The notes under the pieces are model-generated. The model was given only the letters and a program-made list of their open reading frames with translations, was not told the DNA's origin and ran no database searches. The position numbers and the translations under genes were made by a program. This document shows, one piece after another, positions 52,414-64,000 of a stretch of DNA of 64,000 nt; the stretch's first letter is position 1; each line of letters starts with the position of its first letter. Source of the stretch: the human T2T-CHM13v2.0 reference genome, Homo sapiens; the NCBI RefSeq assembly GCF_009914755.1, contig NC_060925.1; one strand, 5' to 3'.

Positions 52414-54557
52414 CGGTTTGTTTGCATATGCTTATTTCTTTCATTAATGACCCTTTATTGTCTCACAACAAGGAGGAAAACCAACAAAACAAAAACTACT
52501 TCAAATCCTTCCTATTCTTTAAAGTTTTCTGTTGTATATCTTCTTCCTTTTTTAAGCGACTTTCTTTTCCATTCACCCAAAAGCATTGATCCCTACTTTG
52601 TGCTAATGTTAACAGCAAATTTCTTATGGCCCAAATCACATTTCACTTCATGGAATGGTCCTTTGCCATATAAGCATGTCTTTTACGGGATTAAGTCCTT
52701 TCAGGGCAAAGGCTGAGTCTTTTTTTCCATTATTTTCTCTCCTGCAATACTGATCACAGTTCTTTGTACTTTGTGGGTATTTAGTACTTTTTTTTTTGTC
52801 ATTGTCATTGAATTGATGGAAGCTAGTTAAATGTTTTATTTTGGCTATGTTCAGTGTTTTTCAGTTCACTATTCAAATTAGACAATTCTACCAGTTGTGG
52901 ACATGGTTTGTTAATATTAATAATCCTAAGCAGAGGGATGTAACACCATTTTAGAAAATAAAGTGGAGAAAACCAGCCTGTTTTCCCACCTAAAACACTG
53001 ACCCTAACAGAAAAGAGTACACAGCTTTGTAGAACAATGGAAATGTTTACAGGGTATGGAGCAGACCAAAACAATACAACTGTAGAAATAAAAATTCCCA
53101 TTATTGCCAAGTAATAGAGAGACATGTAACTCTTCAAAGGGGCATATGGCAGAGGAGAGAAGAAGCGTTCATCATTCCATTTAGGGGAGAAAATAAGCGT
53201 TTCTTTACAGAGAGAGATCTCACTACATCCAAATTTAATAAGTATAAAAACATAGCCTGGTAAGATTTTAAATAAAAAGAAAAATTTTAAGGAAGTTCTC
53301 ATATTCCAGACTTTTGTCATTTGTGTAGCAGTGATGTGCACCATTTTCATTCAACACTCACAATACATAATACATTTCAGAGTCGAGATAAACTGAGAAT
53401 TCAGTTTTCTTCCTTCTATTCTTTATTGAATGTTTTAAGTTTATTCTTACATTCCCCTTTAAAGACATGAAATAGCTTGAGAAAAAAATATTCAAAATAT
53501 GGAGTGATGAATGGCAAGAAGAAAAGAGAAACAACTCATAAAGGGTTATGTAAATTGTAGGAAAAATCAAACATAATGTCTTTGACATTCCCTCTGCCTT
53601 ATGTCAGAGCAAACTCCTCAATTCTGATCATGACACAGTGATCTTATCTACGACATGATATCATCTTTTTTTTTCAGTTCAAATTCCCATGCCAGTAAGC
53701 CTTTCGACTCTAGGCACTCATTCAAAAATTCAGGAGTGTTCTCAAGTTCTTGTGTGAACCAAGATGTGTCAACCCACAGCAGGTGGTTCAGCTGCTCTGA
53801 GATTCTTTGCTGAGTATATCCAGCCTTTGGCTAAAGCCTCTAACAAACAATACATTGCTTTGCAATTAGCCACCCGTTCTTATTAGGGTTAATAAATTAC
53901 CTGCTATTTATAACTGTAGACAACAGGTCAAGGGTGTCACATATGATGGGGCAGAGAAAGTAGTAAAAGTTTGCTAACCTTTAAATTCTATACCAAACAC
54001 CAACTCCATTCATGAAGGCTTGTCTTCCCTTTCCTATGAAAGCATTCCTTCTCTTGTCTACTTATCCTCTTTATGGTTGCACGAACTTTGCTTTCCCTGC
54101 CTTTGTGGACTGATCATATTTTATTGGACTTTTTGAAAATATTTCTAGAACAGGAATAAACTACATTACGAAGTTTTCAGAGCCTGACTTAGTTTTATAG
54201 ATTCAGCTGCATGTGTGTTAATGCATTTAAAAAAAACAAAGTCTGAGCTAATAAGAATACATAGGGTTAGGCCAAGTGACATAAACAGTTGGAAAGAGAA
54301 GCCATTGGTAACTACGGTTGTCACCCCTCTTACCTTACTTGCTCCCTCCTTCCAGGACAAATGTGTCCATTTACCCTCACTAGGACGTGCAGTTTCCCAC
54401 CTTCCAGACCATACTTTCCCTGTTTTGCGGTCTCTATTTAGTGGGATTTTCTATTTGCTGGGAAATATTCTAAATATTTTACCCATCCCACTGAACCATT
54501 TGAAATTGTGGGGGTTTATTTGTGGGGATCTTAATGGTTAAATATTAAAAATTCCTA

Positions 54558-54853
54558 GGCCAAGCACGGTGGCTCCTGTCTGTAATCCCAGGGCTTTGTG
54601 GGGCCAAGGTGGGAGGATCACTTTAGCCCAGGAGTTTGAGAGCAGCCTTGGCAACATAGTGAGACCCTGTCTCTATAAAAATGTATAAATTAGCCGGGTG
54701 TAGTGGCCTATTCCCGTAGTCCCAGCTACTCAGGAGGCTGAGGTGAGAGGACGGCTTGTGCCCAGGAGTTTGAGGTTGGAATGAGCCATGATAACAGCAC
54801 TGCACTCCAGCCTGGGCGACAGAACAAGAACCTGCCTCAGGAAAAAAAAAAAA

Positions 54854-54896
<43 letters not shown>

Positions 54897-54897
54897 A
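54558..54897 (+). mobile_element. AluJ-type element with (TAAA)n tail
   Basis: ggaggatcactttagcccaggagtttgag; about ten TAAA units. Confidence 0.95.
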
Positions 54898-57317
54898 ATT
54901 TAATTTAAAAAACAATAAGAACATTTAAAAAATTTTAAAAATGAAATTTCCTTATGATTCAACCTAACGCCTCTCTCACTTGTGTCTTACAGTGCTATTT
55001 TCTGGTGGATAGTATTATAGTGCAGTGTCACACAACTACTCACATACAAAAGCTGGGCTTTAAAACTGGCTCTACGTGGGTTCAAAGCTTGGGATGCTGA
55101 CCTCCATATTCTGATGTCCCTAGGTAACTCTCCATTGCCTGGCCAAGCAGAAGGGGGGTTAGATCTTTGTCACAAACGTATTCATCTTTTAAGTATTTGG
55201 TAACTCTGACATGATAAATCACAGTATCTCAGATTGGGACCTTCTACATTTCTCTATAAAGATGGAGATGTATTTTTCTTTTAGAGTTGTATGAAATGAA
55301 ATAATTTGATGGTGAATTTCAACCTCTGCATAGAAATGTACTGTGCCCAGCCTACATGTAAATATGCAGCTCTGCCCAAGTAGCTGTTCTAAAAGTCACT
55401 GTTGCAAAATGCGATTTCATTAAGAAATAAATACCGATACTCTCTAATTAAAGTCTGAATAGATAATAATCTATACAAAATAGCTAACACTTGGAGGAAA
55501 TCAATTACCAAACCCAGCTGAAAAACTAAAACTGTCTCAACTGTAAAAGAGATGACCAACAACCAAAGAAAATTTATCTCTTGAAAACAAATAATGGCAT
55601 CAAGGTTGTCATTGTACTTCTTAACAAAAATGCTCACAAATCAATAAATTTAAAGAAGGAATCATGGCCTTAAAGTGGTAAATATGTTTCCCAGTCCTCC
55701 TCTCCAAGGCAAATCCATTGGCACACACCTGTTGTTATGTAACAAAGTGAATTAGGCAGGTGTGTGGAAGGCTTATCTTTAAGTCATCAAGGATTTCTGC
55801 TACTCCTGAGTCTCAGGTTCCTTCATTTGTTTATATAAATGGGCCAATAGCTGTTGAAACACTTCAGAGCACTTAACTAAAGCAAACAAAGCTCTTGAAC
55901 TTTAAATATCCAACAAGAGAAGCTATTGACAAGTAGGACTTTACTTAGCAAATCTCAGTATTATTTGGAACCTTAATACAATCTTACAGATTGATAAGGA
56001 AGCCATACAACCCAGATGCTTATCTTCATTTAGATTCCACATAGAAGACACTGTACTAATTTTAGACAAGGTTCCAAAAACAATGCTCCCATCTAATAGT
56101 TTTGCTTTGTTTTCTTTTTTAATTTTTATTGTTGAGATTGAAGATGAGTTTACCCAATTAGAAAAGGGAAAGAATGTCTTCGACTTGTAGCTTAGCCTTC
56201 CAGCTCTCCTATTTCCTCCCAAACTGAAAGGTATTTCAGAAAGCTATCCTGTGATGAGAACCTTCGACTAACATCTCGGTGCCGGATTTCATCTCAATAT
56301 TCCCAATATCTGAAAGAATTTGCATGAGTCACAGACCCTTCCTAAGCTCCAAAGTCTTGAATCTGTAAGAGAAGGGAGTAAGACTGGATGCAAAGACCTC
56401 TTTCAACTCTAATAGATAATTATTTTACTATTTAATGTATTTACAATGATGAAATCAATTGATTGTTTTATACTGATAGCTAGAGAAAGAGGCCACAGTA
56501 CTGTTGTATATAAGGTTGCATAAAATATTCTCAAGTGAAACTAATGGATTCTTTGTTTTGTTTTCTTTGTGTTTAGGAAGAAAATATCTGTGTTTCTTTG
56601 GAGATTGGTATTGCAGTGGTGTGGAGATGCTGGGTTTCATTCTTCCTTTGGAATTTCATAATCTTACTTTAGTTACTGCTTGGATATGGGTTTCCTTTTG
56701 GCACTAAAAGGAAAAACACAAGAGAAAACTCATTCTTTTTTAAAAATTTAAATCACTTAACTTTATTTCCATTTTCCTTTCTAGGCTGACAAATACATTG
56801 AATTCTAGCTTGTCTCAACTTTCAGGTTTTCTAATTCGACAGAACTGTTTATCTTCTCATTTCAGACTTAATAGAGCCACCCATTTCTGATAGGAATGCA
56901 AGCTTTCTTTACAAGATGCAAGGTATTAGACTAAAATAGTTTCTCAGGAAAATTTCAAAACTTCTACTGGCTCCTGGCCTATGATTTTATAACTTATAGT
57001 GCAGAAAGGATTAAAGCCATATTCACATCCTTAGCTACTGACTGACTGCCTTTCATTGCAATGAAAGGGAAGTCTGTTTTGTATATACCCTTCACAAAAT
57101 GGACATGGCTGAGCTCTACAGTACTTGAGGGCAGGTTCCAACTACAATGCATTCTTCTTATTTATCTTTTTTTCTGATATAATCACCAGTAATGATGAAG
57201 CAAAGTCCAGAAAATCTGTAAAATGACTTTCTTTCCCCTACATTTCCTAGGGCCGCATTAGGGAGCAACGCCCAACATCTTTTCAAGTGTCTTGCTGTGT
57301 TTTAAGTTATTTTATTA

Positions 57318-57623
57318 GGCTGGGCATGGTGGCTCATGCCTGTAATCCCAGCACTTTGAGAGGCCGAGGCAGGCAGATCATTTGAGGTCAGGAGTTTGAG
57401 ACCAGCCTGACCAACATGGTGAAACCCCATCTCTACTAAAATACAGACATTAGCCGGGCATGGTGGTGGGTGCCTGTAATCTCAGCTACTCAGAAGGCTA
57501 AGGCAGGAAAATCACTTGAACAGGGGAGGGGGAGGTTGTAGTGAGTGGAGATCGTGTCACTTCACTCCAGCCTGGGCTTCAGAGTGAGACTCCCTCTCAA
57601 AAAATAAAAATAATAATAATAAA
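57318..57623 (+). mobile_element. AluS (Sx/Sz-like)
   Basis: Full dimer; flanks agttattttatt / agtcattttaat. Confidence 0.95.
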
Positions 57624-59639
57624 TAGTCATTTTAATTTTTTTTTTTTTTGCCTGTATTAGACAGAGTGTGAACTACGGAATGATAAAATGTAGTCTTAGG
57701 CACAGATCCTGCAGGGAATAGCTTTTGAAATTCTCCAACATACTAAGTTATAATTGGGTTTTAATGCATAAAATGGCTGAGCAATTTAAATGTTTAGAAA
57801 ACAGTCTTTCCTAGAGTTTATGAAGTGGTAAGCCTATTTCTTATAATGATTAACTGTGAGTCATCCTTTCAAATACAAGCATCCATTAGCATATGCTCCT
57901 CACAAGAAATGCTGCAAGGCACTTGCCAGTTTACCAAACTAGTGTCTTATTATGGCAAATTTGTCGCAGATTTTTATCTGAGAAATGAAGATGGGAAGTA
58001 ACGAACCATGAACCACATTGAGTTTGCTGTCTACCTGCCTTGCCTTACTAGGTGAAGAACAATGTTTTAAAAACATATAATCACTATCTGTCTGCATGTA
58101 GTCTTGCTTGGAGACAGAGAATTCACTACATCAGGAGGTCTGTAGTCTACAGAATGTGTCACAGTGACAGAGGCCTGTCCTTGAAGACTTGATCCATCTG
58201 CTTGTTTTTTACCAGAGCTTCCCTTTGCCATCAGTTTCTAGTCCCACACCATAAACATCATTTCAGTAATGGTGAGCCCTCTTCCCCTCTTCATGTCAAA
58301 GTATGCAGGAAATGCAGGCATCATTACCTCTACATGTCAATTGTGAAAGCTTCTGGGCCCAGAGACAAGTCCTTCTTCCACAACCTTCCTGCCCCTTAAG
58401 GAAATGTTTGAATAGAGAAATCATTGGCCTAAGCCTCAGAAGAACAGTGCTTGGAACTGAGCTCCATCACACATTGGTTATACAGCTGAATATTGCTTAA
58501 ATGTCCTAATGAAAACAATACAATGTGGATACAGTAATAGGCAAATTGGGTTGTTGTAAGTGTCCGCTGGGATAAAGCAGGCAAAGATAAGGAGGTTTGC
58601 AAATGCAATATATCATCGTAAAAGAAATCAGCCCTTTGAATTTTTTTTTAGCAACAATTCAGAGGCTGAGAGAAGGAAGGCACAGCCAGAAAATCTGAGG
58701 TAGTGAGTTCTAAGTTATATTTAAATTAATATAACTTAAATGGAAGACGAATGGGAAAGAGAAATAAGTTAATAAATGCACAAGACAAATAAGTTTGATT
58801 CCTATGGATGCTAGAAGTGTATGTAGTGGTAAGCTGGGCAGCCTTGGGCTATGAACCAGTTGAGATTGCTTATGCTCTACAAAGCATTCTAGTCTGAGAA
58901 GAGCTGGAGGTCACATGATTCCTTAGCATTAGCATCCTAACAAGGTCCTTCTGGAAATGTAATGACAGGGAATCTTCAGCCCAGCACTACTGAAAGATAC
59001 ATAGTTGCAGGCAGATGGGCTTCCCATTCTGATTTATCCAGATTTAAACTAAATCTATTAGTTCTTCAGTGGCAAAAACCTCCCAACCAATGAAGTCCAC
59101 GTATTGTCTGAGTTGACGGGTCAATCAATGTTGACTTTGTAGCATCAAGTTGGGAGTACAAACTCCCACTCAAGTTGCTTGTATTTTCTTTGCTAACAAA
59201 ACTAGAGGAGCAGCAAAGTTTATCTAAAATTCTCATCTTCAAAGATGTAACGGACAGGCAGGTAGAGTTACTTTGAATTTAAACTAAGTTCTAATGATAA
59301 AGTGCTCAAGTCACTATGAACCAAGCAAATTGTTTAAGGACAAAAAAAAAAAAACACACACACACACACCCATAGGGACATACGGACGGCATGCAATCAG
59401 TATGTCAATGCACATTAGATAAAGTTACAATCTAATATAATATATTTATCTGAACCGGTAAATAAATGGTATGATGAAATGTAGTATCAGGATCAAACGT
59501 ACAGTGTAGAATAATGAGAGCTGGTACACCTACTGACCTTGAGCTTTGAGTGTTAGCTGCATGATCTGGGCTCACCAGCCATTATCAGCACAGTTTACAA
59601 CCCAACTCAGAAGTCAAGATAGGTGATAAGCAGAGGTTA

Positions 59640-59890
59640 CTGACAATAATGCTATTGTTAGAATACCATTATTAGATTATTACAATATTATTGAATATAA
59701 TGAGAAATTGTTCTTATAAATATTTCTCAATTTATAAAACATTTCCTGGTTTAATTTCATCCCTATACTAATAAGCCTTGGAGGTGAATATCATTGACTC
59801 TATTTTTCAGATAAGGAAAGTGAGGGGTAAGGAATTGAATCTTTCTGAGTCCAAAAGTCTTTGTCTTAATTTTAGGCCATACTATACAAA
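59640..59890 (-). mobile_element. MIR
   Basis: ctatttttcagataaggaaagtgagg. Confidence 0.6.
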
Positions 59891-60219
59891 TTCCATTTTC
59901 AGATTTGATCCCAGAGTCTTTAGCTAGAATGACGTTAGTATTACTCTGGACTTTGGTTCAGAAAGGAATCTGAAATTGCTCCTTCACAGTTTTACACACT
60001 TTGGTTATAGAAGGGCTTGGTAAGCTCTGCAATAATCAGTTGATCACGTGAAGTGACCTTCAGTATCTACAATTTTCATGAGGGCCCTTTAAGCTCATCT
60101 CTCTTTCCCAACTATATGAGCAGGGGGGTGATCCCTGCTGTCCATCACAGACATTGATACAGAAGCATTGATTGCTTCAAGACCAAAAGAAAAATACAGT
60201 TCAGATCTACAGATTATGA

Positions 60220-60370
60220 TCATAGAAAAAGCCTGAAAAAATTATTTATACTTAATGTTAACAGTGGCTTTCTGTATGTAATGGAATAATGAGTGATTTT
60301 CATTTTCTTCTCCAGGTTTTTTATTCTTAAAATATTTTACAGTAGATATGCATTATATTGTTACTAAAAG
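60220..60370 (+). mobile_element. L1ME-type 3' fragment
   Basis: aatgttaacagtggctt...gtgattttcattttcttc. Confidence 0.55.
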
Positions 60371-62489
60371 AATTAGTTTAAAAATAACAGTGATATACTG
60401 ATCTGATTTTAGTGAAAAAGAAGCCTGTAAAATGTTCTCCCTTATTGTATTAAGACACTCACCTTATTCTGTCCTGGTTTTTAAAATATATTCAAATGTG
60501 ATCCATAGTTACACTGTATTTATTCATTGCTCTGGTTTGTCTTCTGATTTCTAGCATCTGACAATAACTGCAGGGAATGCTGAGATAAATCCTAGCTCTA
60601 TCCCTCACTAACTACATGACCTGGAGTAATTCAGCCTCCCCATTTCATCATCTATAAAACAGGAATAATTATGACCTATGTCTTCGTATGCAAGTGAAGT
60701 TCTTTAAAATTCTCTAGCTATCCATAATTTTTCCCTCTTCATAAATATAAAACTTATTTCATGTAATTCATTTGACCTCTTAAATTGACAGTTTGTATAC
60801 GTATTCTATCTCACGAATTGGTCAAATGTACAAATGAAAGAAAGGGTATGCAAGGGTGCATACAGTATCAAGTAGGATGTATGGATAAAATGAAGGGCAA
60901 ATAAAAGCTAGTCACTCACAGTCACGTAGGACCTAATAGAACCATGTAAATAACCACAATACAAGTTAAATGGGAAGGGAAATTGGGGAAGAGTAAGCTT
61001 AATTCCAAATAGAATCTGAATCAAGAAAGACTTAATGTATAAGGTAGCATTTGAATTAGGGTTTTGAAAGAGGAGCAGAATTTCATAGGCTGGAAACTGG
61101 TACTCACATACAAGAAAAATTGTGAACTTCTGAATTTTCTTTGCATCTCTACCTCTCAGTAGTGTGCCTACACAAATCATTTCCTACCATTTCATTGTTC
61201 ATTATTCTCTGCTTAAAACTAACTCTTTCCTGGTTGAAACTATCAAGGATTGAACATTTCTCTCAAGCTCAAGAAAGAACCAGAGCTTGCACCTGGGAGC
61301 AATTTCCCAGAGAGAGGAGAGCCTGGGATCTTCGTAGTCCTCCTAGCTATTATGGAAATGGATTCCTGTGACACTTAACAGTAATTTATTGAGCAAAATT
61401 TGTATATATATTCTGCAAATTTAAGGATTGAAAACAAGCTGTGTTTTTGTTTGGTTGGTTTGGGTTTAAAACCCTGAAAGTACCTTAATGCATGGATTTA
61501 TTTACCTGTTCGTTTGGTTGGTTAGTTGGGTTTTTTGCAAAGCGCTTCCTTCACAGAGATGGAAGGAGACCAGGTTTCATATGTCACCACATCTGCCTGG
61601 TGGAGATGCCAACAGCTCCTGTATCAGAGGGCTCTTATTAAAAGCACATAACAATAGTAAGAGTTTTATAAATATTTAAAACAAGGAAGATCAAAATCAT
61701 GTGACCAGAATACACACCTTCGCCATGATCTTTACCTTAATATTTTAGAGATTATTTGTTGTCTCTACAAGTACTGGCATTTGTATTTTCTACAAGTAGA
61801 AAACTCGGGCACAGGGAATAAACCCCCAAAGAACAACTTGTCATAAAATGTTAGGTTTTTAATTTTTCATGCCTAGTTAACAGATGAAACCAAAGGCTAT
61901 ATTTCAGTGACCAATAACTTTGTTGCTGTGTTCTCATTGATGCTAGAACCCATATGTCCTCTTGCTAGTGGTTCATCTTTTACCCGTTCTCTTTTATTAA
62001 CTTATCATCCTAGTCTGTGTGGTATTTATAATAATTGATCATGGTGCACATTTCAGTGAGCATTTGTCAACCCACTCATGTCTCAATGCCCCATGGTTAG
62101 GGATATCTTATTATGTGCAGCATTACACAGAGAAGGGTCTCAAGTCCTTATTAAAGATATGAAAAACACTAGGATACAAGGACATATGTATGTCTTTAAG
62201 TGACATTTCTTTTATTCCTGTATTTTAGAAGATTAAGCTATCTCAGTAAATATGAATCGTATTGATAGAATGGCTGTGAAAATCAATTTACAGCCAACAG
62301 CCCCTTTGTTTTGCTAACCTGTGAAGTTTATTCTTTCTCCAGTACTATAACTGTTACCTGAAGAGCACCAGAGCTCCTGACACACCTGGAGTGTGTGTAT
62401 GAACATACACACATTTACAGCAAGAAATCTTTGAGGACAAGAGGGGTGAGGCAATTGTTAACCCCCATCACCATCAACATGAAAGGGCC

Positions 62490-63040
<551 letters not shown>

Positions 63041-64000
63041 GCCTTCTCACCTCAGGAGGGGGATTCATGGAACAAAGCAGTGGCTAAAATACCAGCCAAC
63101 TTGACAGTGCACAAACTGGTATCAGCAAAGGCCTAAGCAATATCATGTTTCTAAATGGAAGCATCAAGGCGTTGACAGCACAGACACACACACATGCACA
63201 CACACAGGAATTTTATTAACATCCTCTCCTTGCTGAAACTTTTAATGCGGGCCTACAATGCATTCATTGCAAGGTGCCATTAGGGCCAGGCTCACTTCAA
63301 GTGTTACCAATTCATGGGCAGATTAGAGGGCACATTAATAACGTAGTTAATATGAAGTGTTTAGAGCCTCCACATCGGTGACAAATACGACTCAGCCAAA
63401 TTTCCTGACCACTGAGGCCACGGAGGAACAATTTGGTAGATTTCATCAACAGTTCTAATTATGTTCCTGTCAAGTCGAGAACGAAGTAATCCATAACTGG
63501 GGGGTGCTCAGAAACAGTGGCACAGAAGAATAATTTATGCCCAAGGCACAGGGTCCTTTCTGTAGTTAGTGTGCACAACGCTTGACTAACAAGTGGGTTC
63601 AAAAAGGAATTTATTAGGGAAAACACAGCCCTCTCGCTTTGAGAGGCTTGTCAGGTGTAAGCTTATGAGGAGTTATGAGGTAATGACTTCTAGGAAGTCT
63701 TGTTTATACAAGCATCTGGAGTTCAGGGCTCTCGGCAGCCTCAGAAACTGCAGGTTGTAAGATGCAGGATCTTGGCTCCAAGCCTCACTCAGACTTTTTT
63801 CACCCGCTAGATTTGAGCCATGTCTCTTGAGAGGATTTGTGGGCAGACTTTTAAGTGTGACAGGAGGGGAGGCTGGATAGCGGGAGCCAATGAGGAGTCA
63901 ACTTAGGGAATAGATTTTTAAAAAATAACTGTTCGATCCTCAGATAGCATTATCATCGGAGATACAGGGATAATGTTAGAAGGAAAAAAAAAGGGATGCT

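Noticed and set aside
58696-58738. let-7-like TGAGGTAGT seed and adjacent 11-bp AT-rich stem
   Set aside because: Only the seed matches, the stem does not include it, and AT-rich stems of this size arise by chance

Overview
AT-rich primate (almost certainly human) genomic DNA that reads as intronic or intergenic. I see no CpG island, no recognisable protein-coding exon, no RNA gene and no prokaryote-type system, and I cannot name the host locus. Much of the window is old interspersed repeat: 10 Alu dimers and 2 FLAM monomers, many MIR and L2 remnants, several L1 3' ends, five solo LTRs, MER45A, and a full-length dead Tigger1 transposon with a nested Alu. Nearly all ORF-track entries are Alu/LTR/L1-derived or chance ORFs; only the Tigger1 transposase fragments are recognisable. 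Most notable: (1) a 175-bp templated copy of unique DNA from 3 kb upstream inserted into an L1MC, within a nested L2>L1MC>Alu stack; (2) a 1.2-kb almost purely A/T palindromic minisatellite; (3) a ~270-bp quasi-palindrome with 17-bp perfect arms; (4) a compact hairpin/pseudoknot cluster beside a cryptic CaaX-ending frame; (5) candidate small exons and TALE-homeobox motif clusters in repeat-free DNA. Repeat subfamily names come from remembered consensus sequences, and boundaries of old repeats are approximate. I did not find a convincing novel biological system.
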